Shown piece after piece: positions 1 to 10,349 of a stretch of DNA of 64,000 bases. Source of the stretch: an uncultured Veillonellaceae bacterium (GTDB taxonomy: Bacteria; Bacillota; Negativicutes; JARBTT01); the NCBI GenBank assembly GCA_963805085.1, contig CAWDTA010000002.1:32001-96000 (forward strand), in the 5' to 3' direction. The first letter of the stretch is position 1, and each line of letters opens with the position of its first letter. A program made the translations under genes and the position numbers. The notes below the pieces were generated by a model. It was not told the origin of the DNA. It saw only the letters and a program-made list of their open reading frames with translations, and did no database searches.

Positions 1-850
1 TAAAATAATGAGGATACAGCTCTTTATGACTATAAATCCAATCCTTCATTTCTATAATCATCTGCTCATAACTAGGCACTTGAAAGGCAAAATCCTTTCT
101 GTTATTGACAAGTGATTTATCCAAATCCACTGCCTCATTCTCTCTAATAGAAAGTTTCCCATTTTTCATCTGCTTGTTGAAAAGTCCAAGCAGATCGAAC
201 TTGCTAATGCTCTCATTATTCACGAGATTATAAATTCCCGTCAAATTCTCAACGGCTGCTCTCTCCATGGCTTTAGCAAGCGTTAATGTAGTAACTCCTG
301 TCCATATAGCCTTAGTGTAACCGTTAATGGTTCCACTCTGCTTCATAAACCAATTAAAGAGTCCAATTCCATTCTCCTTCATGTCAGGACCAATAATTGA
401 GTTACGAAAAGTTAAATTCTTATCATCTTCAACCTCCCCCAAAGCTTTCGTTCTATCATAGAAGGTCTCGCCATCTCGCATACTATTCTCTCTATAGGGG
501 CCTGATTTTCCGGAGAATACACAGTCAGTACTCATTTGAATCAATTTGGTCTTCGTACCTCCCAGTGTATCCGAGAGCAGATGTGGTAGATAGCTGTTGA
601 GATACACCGCCCTAGATGGCTCACTATCACATGCTTGATTCAAAACGCCGATGCAGTTTAGCACTACATCATACTCGACATCTCGCAGCATCGATATGAT
701 GAAATCCTTATCCATTGCATCCCCGTTAATATTTTTACAATAAGGAAATGAATTAGTAGAAAAAGCGGTTACACTATGTCCTTGTTCTTGCAGATATAAT
801 GAGATAGTGTGTCCTGCCATTCCAGTTGCACCCAAAATTAATATTTCCAT
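1..850 (-). CDS. RmlD-like SDR sugar-nucleotide reductase (partial; runs off the window start)
   Basis: Not in the ORF track; translated by hand from ATG at 850: MEILILGATGMAGH (GxxGxxG)...STDCVFSG...YDRTK (YxxxK). The frame is open to position 2; RBS GGAGG upstream. Confidence 0.85.
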   Translation of the reverse strand, partial: MEILILGATGMAGHTISLYLQEQGHSVTAFSTNSFPYCKNINGDAMDKDFIISMLRDVEYDVVLNCIGVLNQACDSEPSRAVYLNSYLPHLLSDTLGGTKTKLIQMSTDCVFSGKSGPYRENSMRDGETFYDRTKALGEVEDDKNLTFRNSIIGPDMKENGIGLFNWFMKQSGTINGYTKAIWTGVTTLTLAKAMERAAVENLTGIYNLVNNESISKFDLLGLFNKQMKNGKLSIRENEAVDLDKSLVNNRKDFAFQVPSYEQMIIEMKDWIYSHKELYPHYF

Positions 851-865
851 TTTTCCTCCACAAAT

Positions 866-1570
866 CTATAGTCTTTTAGCATCCCAATTTATATCATATT
901 TGACGATTTTAACTGGATTTCCAGCAATTACAATATTAGATTCATCAAATTTTTTTGTAACTACTGCCCCCGCTGCAACAATTGAATTTTCGCTTACAAT
1001 CGTACCTTTCAACAACACGGCTCTATATCCTACCCATACATGATTATCTAATACAATATTCTGCGACGGGTTAATCCTGTGAGCCTCCAAATCTAGAATT
1101 GAATGACTATCCCCTGTCATTAAGCGAATCTCGCTAGAAAACAAGCAATTTTCTCCAATAAGGATTGATGTGCCTTCAATACAATCGAAAAAAATCTCTC
1201 CAGATAATATGCTTTGCTTGCCAATTATTATCTTGTTATTATCGTCTTCAAAGCAAAAAGTGGCATCTTTTGCAGTAACGCTTTCTTTGATTTCAATAAT
1301 ATTGTTATTCCCTTTGAAGTTAAATCTAACGTTATTCAATCTGCATCTAGAACCGATTATCAACGTGTTATTTTTTCCCTGGTTTTTTATAATTACTTTC
1401 TTAAGTATTGAGGAGTTAATCACTATTTGATTGTCTTTTCCAATATTCAATTTGTTATGCCCCCAAAAGCGATTATAAATCATAAGTAAAGGTAGTTTGT
1501 TACTGAACATAATGCTTTTGATATGATGTTTTATGAACTGCTTTAAAGATCTTTTTTGTGTTCTTTCCAT
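866..1570 (-). CDS. Hexapeptide-repeat (LbH) acyltransferase
   Basis: IGENCLFS, DSHSI, HVWVG and IAGNPVK motifs of left-handed beta-helix O-acetyltransferases. Confidence 0.85.
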   Translation of the reverse strand: MERTQKRSLKQFIKHHIKSIMFSNKLPLLMIYNRFWGHNKLNIGKDNQIVINSSILKKVIIKNQGKNNTLIIGSRCRLNNVRFNFKGNNNIIEIKESVTAKDATFCFEDDNNKIIIGKQSILSGEIFFDCIEGTSILIGENCLFSSEIRLMTGDSHSILDLEAHRINPSQNIVLDNHVWVGYRAVLLKGTIVSENSIVAAGAVVTKKFDESNIVIAGNPVKIVKYDINWDAKRL

Positions 1571-2577
1571 GCTGCAAACTCCTCTTGTATATAACCCAAG
1601 GACAATAATATATTTTTCACTTCTTCAATGTTTAATCTATAAGTGTTATGAGAATCGTATTCATCTGTCGTAGAAAGCTGTTCATTTCCTTGTATAAAAT
1701 AATTATCATAATTTAAGTCGCGGTTATCGGCTGGAACTCGAAAGTAGTTGCCCATATCCCTTGCTTTGAAATATTCTTCTTTAGTCAACAGAGTTTCATA
1801 TACTTTTTCACCATGACGAGTGCCAATGATTTTGATTTCATGCTCAGGATCAAAAATTTGCCTAATCGCTTCGGCTAAATCTCCCACTGTACTGGCGGGA
1901 GATTTCTGTACTACTATATCTCCAGCCTGAGCATATTGGAATGCATATATTACAAGCTCAACAGCTTCCTCTATGCTCATCAAATATCTCGTCATGTTAG
2001 GATCAGTAACAGTCATAGGCTCTCCCGACTTAATCTGTTGGACGAAAAGAGGAATAACAGACCCCCTTGAAGCCATTACATTTCCATAACGAGTCACACA
2101 GATGGTTGTTTGCTCCGGTGCTACTGTACGCGATTTTGCGGCCACGATTTTTTCCATCAATGCCTTTGAAATACCCATTGAGTTGATAGGATAGGCCGCT
2201 TTGTCTGTTGAGAGGCAGATACACTTTTTAACACCATATTCAATAGCAGCCGTCAACACATTTTCTGTACCTAATACATTTGTTTTTACAGCCTCTAGAG
2301 GGAAAAATTCACAACTTGGCACTTGCTTTAATGCTGCTGCATGAAACAAATAGTCCACACCATGCATCGCATTCCTAACACTAGCCAAGTCACGAACGTC
2401 TCCAATATAATATTTGATTTTATCGTTATGGTAGGCACGGCGCATGTCATCCTGCTTCTTTTCATCGCGTGAGAAGATGCGGATTTCGCCAATATTAGTA
2501 TTTAGGAAACGGTCGAGAACAGCGTTGCCAAAAGAACCTGTACCACCTGTAATTAATAAAGTCTTATCTTTAAACAT
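1543..2577 (-). CDS. fnlA: UDP-GlcNAc 4,6-dehydratase/5-epimerase (FnlA/CapE/WbjB type)
   Basis: GGTGSFG, FSRDEKKQDDMR, AAALKQVPSCEFFP, TRYGNVMASRGSVIP, DNRDLNY signatures. Confidence 0.9.
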   Translation of the reverse strand: MFKDKTLLITGGTGSFGNAVLDRFLNTNIGEIRIFSRDEKKQDDMRRAYHNDKIKYYIGDVRDLASVRNAMHGVDYLFHAAALKQVPSCEFFPLEAVKTNVLGTENVLTAAIEYGVKKCICLSTDKAAYPINSMGISKALMEKIVAAKSRTVAPEQTTICVTRYGNVMASRGSVIPLFVQQIKSGEPMTVTDPNMTRYLMSIEEAVELVIYAFQYAQAGDIVVQKSPASTVGDLAEAIRQIFDPEHEIKIIGTRHGEKVYETLLTKEEYFKARDMGNYFRVPADNRDLNYDNYFIQGNEQLSTTDEYDSHNTYRLNIEEVKNILLSLGYIQEEFAAWKEHKKDL

Positions 2578-3943
2578 TTTCTATTCCCCCAAATTTTAAA
2601 TTATAAATATCTTTTTTGATATATCGTGGCTGCAAAATACAATAAGGTAAAAGAATAAACATGTTTGCTAAAATTACAATAATCCAACTATTGCATATTT
2701 TTATTCCGAAATATACAATAACAAACTTACAAATTACTGCAACTGTATAACATATGGCTTGAAGTCTCATTTTTCCCATTCCACACACTATTGTTGACAA
2801 CACACTTTGATAAATAAATAAACTTCCATAGAGTGCAAATATTATGGCAAACAAATAATTAACTGAAATGGTACTTCCACCTAACCACATATTAATAATA
2901 AATTGTAAAAATGGGATCATTGACAATTCACAGCCAACAGCCAAAATAACCATATAATTAAGTATTTTGTAAGTTTTTTCCAGCCAGACGACGTCTTTTT
3001 CGATTAGAGCTTGTGTTATCGCCGACCACATCGGTACTAAAGCAAGCATGAAAAGTGAGCCGACTAGTGTAAACAATTTATTATAAATTTGGTATTCTAC
3101 TACATATTCTGGCCCTGAAAATTGCGTAATAAAAAATTCATTTGTTACGGTAATAATCATGTACATTATTTGATTCCAAAAAAAAATACCGCCCAACGTC
3201 AGCACGCCGATTGCTTTAAATTTATCAAAGCATTTAAAATTAGGTGCACAGTTTCTTAACTCTGTATGAAATACAATAATTGAGGCACCTATCAGTGGTA
3301 CATTTACGAAAGCCACATATGCAAGGGAGAGCATCTTTAGATTTGTTTCAATGTCATATGTTGGCACCAGTAAAATAAAAATCAATTGCGTAACACTCGT
3401 TATGAGTGCTAATAGGTTTGTTACTGCTGATTTTTGCATTGCATACAGAATCGATGAAATCAGTCTCAATAAAAACTGCAACATTACACCGGTAAAAATA
3501 CATCGTACTGTAAAAAGCATGGTTTCCTCTGAGATAGTACTCTTATCTACGTTAAATACCAGATTCCAATCTATAAAATGTGAAATTAGAAATCCCAGAA
3601 AAGTTGTAATGATAACAATTCCTGCATTTATAATATACGCTGATGATATATAGGTTTTTATTTCCTCTTTATCACCAGCAATAACAGCACCGACCAATTT
3701 ATTTCTGAGCCCATTTCCAATTCCAAAATCGAAGGATAAAACCCATATCATAACCGACAAAACTGTAAACCACAATCCCAATACTATTTGATTATCAAAA
3801 TATCTGATATATGCGGGCATCGTAAACAGGGATATTAACAGTGCCCCCCCTTTTATCGCAAAAGTTCCAAACATGTTTTTGATAACTTGTTGATCTTTTT
3901 CTTCTTTTATAAACCGTGATATTACTCCACTTCTATTCATCAT
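2570..3943 (-). CDS. wzx: Wzx-type polysaccharide flippase
   Basis: Polytopic membrane protein with FDFGIGNGLRNKL motif, inside a polysaccharide cluster. Confidence 0.8.
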   Translation of the reverse strand: MMNRSGVISRFIKEEKDQQVIKNMFGTFAIKGGALLISLFTMPAYIRYFDNQIVLGLWFTVLSVMIWVLSFDFGIGNGLRNKLVGAVIAGDKEEIKTYISSAYIINAGIVIITTFLGFLISHFIDWNLVFNVDKSTISEETMLFTVRCIFTGVMLQFLLRLISSILYAMQKSAVTNLLALITSVTQLIFILLVPTYDIETNLKMLSLAYVAFVNVPLIGASIIVFHTELRNCAPNFKCFDKFKAIGVLTLGGIFFWNQIMYMIITVTNEFFITQFSGPEYVVEYQIYNKLFTLVGSLFMLALVPMWSAITQALIEKDVVWLEKTYKILNYMVILAVGCELSMIPFLQFIINMWLGGSTISVNYLFAIIFALYGSLFIYQSVLSTIVCGMGKMRLQAICYTVAVICKFVIVYFGIKICNSWIIVILANMFILLPYCILQPRYIKKDIYNLKFGGIENV

Positions 3944-3954
3944 CTTCTCCAGTA

Positions 3955-5094
3955 TTAACAGATTAATTTACTTATCCTGATAACGAAATTACTGTTTAAT
4001 TCTTGTATCTTTTTTCTGCTATCATATTCGATAGTGAAATTGATATTTTTGATTGCTGCCGCAATATCTTTCGGTGTATCATTATCATAAAAATACATCA
4101 TATTCCCAATCTCAGATTGTTCGATAGCCTTAATTCTAATAGATACAACCCTTAAACCATTAGCCAAATAAGACAGCACTTTAGATGGAAAAGATGTTTC
4201 GTTATATGCAGCATCTGGTGACTGTGTGGATAATCCTATCTCGCATTTTTGTAAAAACCGAATATACTCTTCTCCCTTCAGAAGTCCATCATATGTCACT
4301 TTGCATTCAGTCATCTTTGAAGTTTTTTCAATCATATCCAACAAAATTTTTTTATTTCTTTCATTCCCAAAACCAATAATATGAATGTGGTAATTATTAT
4401 CAAGGTACATGGCAGCAGCAACAGCGGCAGCTCCTCCGCCTTTGTGATTGTCAATAATCCCAGCATAAACTATATGAATCTTCCCATCGTTAAATTTGCA
4501 TTTTTTATTTTTCTCAACCAGATAAGTACCATAATTGATTGCATAAGGTTGGTTTCTTTTATTTAACTTTTCAGCAAGTAGTTCTGTAGAAAAAATATAT
4601 TTATCCGCCGACAAAAACATTTTATATTCAAGCTTATTAATGCGTTTAGAATACTGCATAACATCGCAATAAATTTCATTAGCTTCTAGTATTAGGTTGA
4701 ACTTTATTATTGCTTTGGCCCACAATACCGGTCTTATTAAAAATAACGAATGGTATACGAAAACATCTTCATTTCTTTTTGTATTTCTTAGAAGATAAAA
4801 AAACAACCAAATATATGTATAAATTACTCTAATCCCTCTCATCAGCCTACTTGCTGCACTAAAGCTGGGCGCAAAAGTAATAGTTTTTGATTCACTTTCC
4901 CTTATAGTATATTGTTTAGAATAACCTCTTTTGTCGTCACTGAACCATGCAGGAGAAACGATATTTACTTCATAGCCTGCAGCATTTATAGCACAACTGA
5001 TGTAGTCCATTTTATTAGTTGCAGCTATCGAGCCAACTCGAACAAAATTATTTATATCTTTAATATAAAAACCAATATATTTTATTGATTTCAA
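3955..5094 (-). CDS. Glycosyltransferase (GT-B fold)
   Basis: IVYAGII, SFPSKVLSYLANG motif, cluster context. Confidence 0.8.
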   Translation of the reverse strand: MKSIKYIGFYIKDINNFVRVGSIAATNKMDYISCAINAAGYEVNIVSPAWFSDDKRGYSKQYTIRESESKTITFAPSFSAASRLMRGIRVIYTYIWLFFYLLRNTKRNEDVFVYHSLFLIRPVLWAKAIIKFNLILEANEIYCDVMQYSKRINKLEYKMFLSADKYIFSTELLAEKLNKRNQPYAINYGTYLVEKNKKCKFNDGKIHIVYAGIIDNHKGGGAAAVAAAMYLDNNYHIHIIGFGNERNKKILLDMIEKTSKMTECKVTYDGLLKGEEYIRFLQKCEIGLSTQSPDAAYNETSFPSKVLSYLANGLRVVSIRIKAIEQSEIGNMMYFYDNDTPKDIAAAIKNINFTIEYDSRKKIQELNSNFVIRISKLIC

Positions 5095-5140
5095 TTAATG
5101 GTATCTCCTCTCCACAGAAATTGCACTCATCCACGATTAC

Positions 5141-6211
5141 TTATTGCCAGAAAAAGCGATAATTTTCTAGTTCTGAAACTCTAATTATTTCATAAAAAAA
5201 CCATATAATAGAAGTCAAGGTATACGCACTCATACCAATAAGTTGGATTATACGATTATGAATCACACTTAAGATATTGGGAATATATATAATCATAAAT
5301 ATAAAATTGTAAAAATATAGCCGCATTACTACTGGATTAAATTGGGTAATGGGTAATATGATTGCAGATGCAATCATCATAAAAAAAAAGTATTTATTAT
5401 AATCATTTTCTTTTATAAATGGTATTCTATAAACTATCCCTAATATTACAGAAAAGACAATAAAGAAATACATTCCGAAGCCGCCTGTTATTTCTGCGCC
5501 GTATTCAAGCCTTGCATAAATATTTAAGATTCCTCTAATCTTATCTTGTAGCCCAAATAAAACTATTGCCACTACAATAAATAGCAATAGTATTTTTTTG
5601 TTTAATTTAAACTTTACAAACCAATAACACGGCAAAAATATTAACGCTGTTACATGAAATGTAGAAGCTAATATAGTTGAAATTAAAAATTTTTTTAAGT
5701 TCTTCTCTTTCATATATTCAAAAGCTATTATAACAATAGACATTGCTATCGTTTGTCTTATTGCTGACATACCAAAAGTATAAAACCCAAACCCTATAAA
5801 AAGGATATAACTCATTAGTGGACTGTTTGAATACTTATATATAAGGCGTGAGACCACACCAACATATAGAATAGCAACAAAGATTAAAACAAATTGAAAG
5901 TCTCCAAAAAGTTGCTCTATAGTATATTGGAGTAGCCTGTAGCCAGGCTCTACTTGACCTGCAACAAATAATTCTGAAAAACTCAACTGTTTAATCTTGT
6001 CATATGTGTTTTCGTATTGAAATGTATCTATGCCAACAGATACGTCTCTTAGCCCAGCAACTGCAATTAACATGAAAGATACAATATAGATGTATATCCA
6101 ATTATTTACTCTTATTGTTTTGCCGGGTACAAGAACCGTTTTTGTTCTAAACAGAGGATATATTACTATTAAAATAAGTATCATCAACGCATATACAATC
6201 ATTTCAAACAC
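5141..6211 (-). CDS. wzy: EpsG-family polysaccharide polymerase (Wzy)
   Basis: GLRDVSVGIDT..Y, EPGY, IRQ..A, FHVTA motifs; multi-pass membrane protein. Confidence 0.85.
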   Translation of the reverse strand: MFEMIVYALMILILIVIYPLFRTKTVLVPGKTIRVNNWIYIYIVSFMLIAVAGLRDVSVGIDTFQYENTYDKIKQLSFSELFVAGQVEPGYRLLQYTIEQLFGDFQFVLIFVAILYVGVVSRLIYKYSNSPLMSYILFIGFGFYTFGMSAIRQTIAMSIVIIAFEYMKEKNLKKFLISTILASTFHVTALIFLPCYWFVKFKLNKKILLLFIVVAIVLFGLQDKIRGILNIYARLEYGAEITGGFGMYFFIVFSVILGIVYRIPFIKENDYNKYFFFMMIASAIILPITQFNPVVMRLYFYNFIFMIIYIPNILSVIHNRIIQLIGMSAYTLTSIIWFFYEIIRVSELENYRFFWQ

Positions 6212-7431
6212 CTTTGATATAGTTTTATATATTTCTCACACATTGATGTTTTAGAATATACTTTACTTGCTGTTGTAGAAATCGCATCACCATATCCGTA
6301 TTCTCGTTTTTTATTTAGCCACTTCTTGACAAGAATCTCTAGTGCATCAATATCTCCTTGCCTCGTGAATGCGCTATAGTCCCCTAAAGATATAGTTTCA
6401 GGCGCCCCCGCTTCAAATCCCACTACAGGTGTGCCACAAGCCAACGATTCAGCACAAATCATTGAAAAAGTTTCTTTTTTACTCGTTAATAAAGTTAAAT
6501 CTGCCATCGAATAGTATACTGCTAATTCTGCTTGATTTTCAGTGTATTTCACAGGGATTACATTCTTAGGCAATTTACTTATATCGCTGTTATAACCGAC
6601 TATTATTACTTTGACATTATCGCTTAGCATTCTATCTGCAATCTGTAATACATAATTTCCGCCCTTTATTGGGCTTAGAAAGTTAGGTGTTACATGCAAA
6701 ATCACTTTTTCGTTTTTTATTTTATGTGTTTTTTTTATTACACTATAATCTGTCGGTCTAAAAGTATTCACTGTATCTAAACCATTTGTAACAACTACAA
6801 ACTCCTTTTCTTTTAAAAATGGTGATTGTTTGGCCCTGTCTAGAAGCCATCCCGAAACAGGCACTATGATCAAATTATTAAATCCATCAAAGGCTTCGGC
6901 CATCAGCCTCCACTCCTGTGCACTTCTATCAAAAATTTTGGATGAGGGTCTGCCATTACCTGCTTGAGGGCATCTACCACAACCTATTTTCCATTTTTCA
7001 CACTCTAATGCATGCCCACACCCCGCAGTATGCATAAATTCAGCATGAAGTGTTAAAACTGTCGGTATATTATTGACTTTGAGAAAGTTAAGTAATTTGT
7101 ATATGTTGACCGTGTATGAATTTATACAATGTAAATGTACTATATCAGGTCTTTCTCTTTTAATTATATTTATTAAATTCTTTGTTGAGATATAGCACCC
7201 AGCATACGCATAACCAGTAATCTTTGACCATAATGACTGCAGCTTCATTATTAATTCTGGTGCTATCTTATACACATACTGCTCATTTAACGCCTTTCCT
7301 CTGCCAAAACATACAACTGATTCGTAGCCATTCTCTAACAAATGCGTATGTATATCATGAACTATCTTTCCTGTACTTCCAATAGGATAAACTGCATTTA
7401 TTTGGATGATTTTCATTGACTTACTCCTCAT
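6199..7431 (-). CDS. GT4 glycosyltransferase (WcaC-like)
   Basis: GSTGKI, PDIVHLH, TLH...GCGH...C..W..GC..CP, E(T)FSMICAESLACGTPVV. Confidence 0.85.
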   Translation of the reverse strand: MRSKSMKIIQINAVYPIGSTGKIVHDIHTHLLENGYESVVCFGRGKALNEQYVYKIAPELIMKLQSLWSKITGYAYAGCYISTKNLINIIKRERPDIVHLHCINSYTVNIYKLLNFLKVNNIPTVLTLHAEFMHTAGCGHALECEKWKIGCGRCPQAGNGRPSSKIFDRSAQEWRLMAEAFDGFNNLIIVPVSGWLLDRAKQSPFLKEKEFVVVTNGLDTVNTFRPTDYSVIKKTHKIKNEKVILHVTPNFLSPIKGGNYVLQIADRMLSDNVKVIIVGYNSDISKLPKNVIPVKYTENQAELAVYYSMADLTLLTSKKETFSMICAESLACGTPVVGFEAGAPETISLGDYSAFTRQGDIDALEILVKKWLNKKREYGYGDAISTTASKVYSKTSMCEKYIKLYQRCLK

Positions 7432-7442
7432 ATACTTAGGAA

Positions 7443-8765
7443 TTATGACATTACTTTAGAAAGAATTTGTCCGAAGTCATTCTCCAACATTTTCCTGTTT
7501 ACATTTATATTATGGTGAATACGTGCATATTGATTTAACTTCTCTGAGTTTTCTATAATGCAATTACGGTCATTAATTATCTCTTTAAGCAGACTGCCAA
7601 GCATTTTTATATCATTTACTACTATTACACCATCTATATTGCTTAAATATTCTATTGAGGCTATATTGCTAGGACCTATTGCCATCATACAGCTTCCACT
7701 CTGCATACAATCAATAATCTTAGTTGAGAATGATAGCTTTGTAGTCTTGGCTTGCATTTTATCGAATGATTCAACATGTAGCACAATATCCGCTCGTTGC
7801 AATACTTTTTTCACATCATCATAGGGAATCGTACCCATTATTCGCGAAGACTCAGTTCTGTTCAAAGCAGCATCTATTTCTTGCGTTATAGTCGTGGTCG
7901 TATATATTTCCAGAACCATTTTCGCAAAATCCTCATTAATTTTGACTATCTCATCTGCCAGTACTTTTAATATACGCCAACGGCCAAAGAAGAGATTACC
8001 AGCATACACAAGTTTTATGGGAGACGATACACTTTCTTTTTTGACACAGTTATTAAACGAACAACCTTTATACAATGGTTCTATGCGTTTGTCAAAATAT
8101 TTTTCGTATTCTTCGCACAGAAGTGGTGAGCAACCATATAATTTAACCGCTTTCTTTACAGAATTTTTAATCGTGCGGCGCAAAATGTATTGATAAAAAT
8201 ATCGAAGCGGCGAATATGTTTTATGACTATATATATCATCTGCAAAGAACAAGACTAATGACGCATTCGTTTTTTCCAAAGAATAACTAATAATTTTCTG
8301 CAGATATATAGGGTCAGCAGCAGCAGCGAAGATTATATCTATTTTATTTTCGTTAAGAAAGCTATCTAATTGCTTGTTTCTCCATCCACCGAGATTCCAT
8401 AATATTTCTCTTGCAATAAGTGAAATTGTTCCTCCTTTTTCCCTGAAAAAATCTAATATTTGTTTTTCTCGCTGATAAAAACTTTCATATACTTTTGATT
8501 CTCTTTTTTTATTGATATCGGAGCATGAAAATTGACGCCCTATTTTATCCGGAGAAAAAATATATTTTAACAAATTCCTTTCGGTTATATTAAAGTAAGA
8601 ACAACAGACATCATTCTGTGGTAACTCTTCTCTACAATAAATGTTATAGAAATTCACATCATTCCATCCCCCGAAGAAATTAGAAAGCGTATTTCCAAAG
8701 GCATTAGTTTCTACCCATGGTGACTTAGTTACTACTAAAATATTTTTACTATCTTTATTTTTCAA
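7443..8765 (-). CDS. Probable glycosyltransferase (GT-B fold)
   Basis: LVYAGNLFFGR, ADIVLHVESF, LSFSTKIIDCM motifs. Confidence 0.7.
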   Translation of the reverse strand: MKNKDSKNILVVTKSPWVETNAFGNTLSNFFGGWNDVNFYNIYCREELPQNDVCCSYFNITERNLLKYIFSPDKIGRQFSCSDINKKRESKVYESFYQREKQILDFFREKGGTISLIAREILWNLGGWRNKQLDSFLNENKIDIIFAAAADPIYLQKIISYSLEKTNASLVLFFADDIYSHKTYSPLRYFYQYILRRTIKNSVKKAVKLYGCSPLLCEEYEKYFDKRIEPLYKGCSFNNCVKKESVSSPIKLVYAGNLFFGRWRILKVLADEIVKINEDFAKMVLEIYTTTTITQEIDAALNRTESSRIMGTIPYDDVKKVLQRADIVLHVESFDKMQAKTTKLSFSTKIIDCMQSGSCMMAIGPSNIASIEYLSNIDGVIVVNDIKMLGSLLKEIINDRNCIIENSEKLNQYARIHHNINVNRKMLENDFGQILSKVMS

Positions 8766-8791
8766 TTAATTCACCCATTTTTATTTTGTTT

Positions 8792-9364
8792 CTACCGTTT
8801 TTTAAGAATTCGACCCGGCACCCCACAGACTATAACTCCATCAGGAACATCTTGAGTTACAACACAATTCGCCGCAATAATGCTTCCGCCACCCACGTTT
8901 CTACCGTATAGGATTGTTGCCTTTGCACCAATCCATACGTTATCTGAAATGCATGTAAATTTAAGTTCTATTTGCTGATCTTTAATTGGAACATCTACTT
9001 TATCATAGTGGTGTGACGAGGACATAACTGTCACACCATGCGCAATTGATACGTCGTTGCCTATTACAATACTACCAGCAGCATCTATATAACACATGGG
9101 ATGAATGCTGACATTAGTTCCAACAGATAAATTCTGCACACTAAACAAATATACATTTGGATGAATTGAAACATTATCACCACAGCTTTTTGCGATGGTT
9201 TTCAAAAAAATATATCTTATAGCCAATCCTATTTTCCCTTGGGTCATGCGAAAATGCTCGAACAACATAATTCGTAATTTAAGCGGAAGAGTTGAGCATA
9301 TTATTACCAAGATTCTTATTAGAGTTTTGAATCTATTAAATTTATCTCTGCCTCTTTTTTCCAT
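8792..9364 (-). CDS. Hexapeptide-repeat O-acetyltransferase
   Basis: GDNVSIH/GTNVSIH/GNDVSIA repeats, DNVWIG, GVPGR. Confidence 0.85.
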   Translation of the reverse strand: MEKRGRDKFNRFKTLIRILVIICSTLPLKLRIMLFEHFRMTQGKIGLAIRYIFLKTIAKSCGDNVSIHPNVYLFSVQNLSVGTNVSIHPMCYIDAAGSIVIGNDVSIAHGVTVMSSSHHYDKVDVPIKDQQIELKFTCISDNVWIGAKATILYGRNVGGGSIIAANCVVTQDVPDGVIVCGVPGRILKKR

Positions 9365-9372
9365 TTAAACAC

Positions 9373-10347
9373 CTATAAATTCTCCTTATACCACTCTATT
9401 GCCAGTTTAATTCCATCTGTAAAACTATAATCGGGATGATAATCCAGTAAACTTTTTGCCTTCGAAATATCAGCATTACTATGCTTAATATCACCTGCTC
9501 TCTCTGGGTCAAATACTGGCTCAATGTTTTTTTCAAGTGCTCCAGCCAGATTATAATATATATCAATTAAATACTCTCTGCCGCCATAGGCTATATTAAA
9601 TACTTGACCTACCGCTTCATGCGAAGCTTTACAAGCTTTCAAGTTTGCCTCAATAACATTTTCAACATAAGTAAAATCACGACTTTGCTTACCATCCCCA
9701 TGAATTGTTGGAGATTCATTATTTAAAAGCTGTTTAATAAACTTCGGAATAACAGCAGCATAGGCTCCATCAGGATCTTGTCTCCTGCCAAACACATTAA
9801 AATAGCGCAATCCATAAGTATCCAACCCGTATAACCTGGTATAAAGCCTTCCATACTCTTCATTAACGCGTTTGGTTAATGCATAAGGAGATAACAACTC
9901 GCCTTCCTGCCCTTCTGTTTTTGGAAGTATCGGTTGATCACCATATACAGATGAGCTGGACGCATAAATAAATTTTTTAACTCTCTGTCGTCTTGCTGCC
10001 TCTAGCATGTTAAGCATTCCCGTAATATTAATCTGCTCATATAATAATGGCATTTCGATACTTCTTGGTACACTTCCCCAGGCTGCCTGATTCAGAACAT
10101 AATCTACGCCAACGCAAGCTCTTTCACATGTATCAAACTCTCTTATATCTCCTTTAATAAAGGTATAGTTTGGATGATTAATGAATAAATCAACATTTTC
10201 TTTTTTTCCCGTGGAAAGATTATCCAAGCATCTTACCTTATAGCCCATATTAAGAATGGCCTCGCACAAGTTAGAGCCTATAAATCCAGCTCCACCAGTA
10301 ATCAAAAATAATGTATTATCTTCGAATTTTAAATGTTTATATCCCAT
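9373..10347 (-). CDS. UDP-GlcNAc(A) C4-epimerase (TviC/WbpP type)
   Basis: GGAGFIGSN, NQAAWGSVPRS, SPYALTK, LRYFNVFGRRQDP, YAAVIPKF; start moved to ATG 10347, just after the upstream stop. Confidence 0.85.
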   Translation of the reverse strand: MGYKHLKFEDNTLFLITGGAGFIGSNLCEAILNMGYKVRCLDNLSTGKKENVDLFINHPNYTFIKGDIREFDTCERACVGVDYVLNQAAWGSVPRSIEMPLLYEQINITGMLNMLEAARRQRVKKFIYASSSSVYGDQPILPKTEGQEGELLSPYALTKRVNEEYGRLYTRLYGLDTYGLRYFNVFGRRQDPDGAYAAVIPKFIKQLLNNESPTIHGDGKQSRDFTYVENVIEANLKACKASHEAVGQVFNIAYGGREYLIDIYYNLAGALEKNIEPVFDPERAGDIKHSNADISKAKSLLDYHPDYSFTDGIKLAIEWYKENL

Positions 10348-10349
10348 CG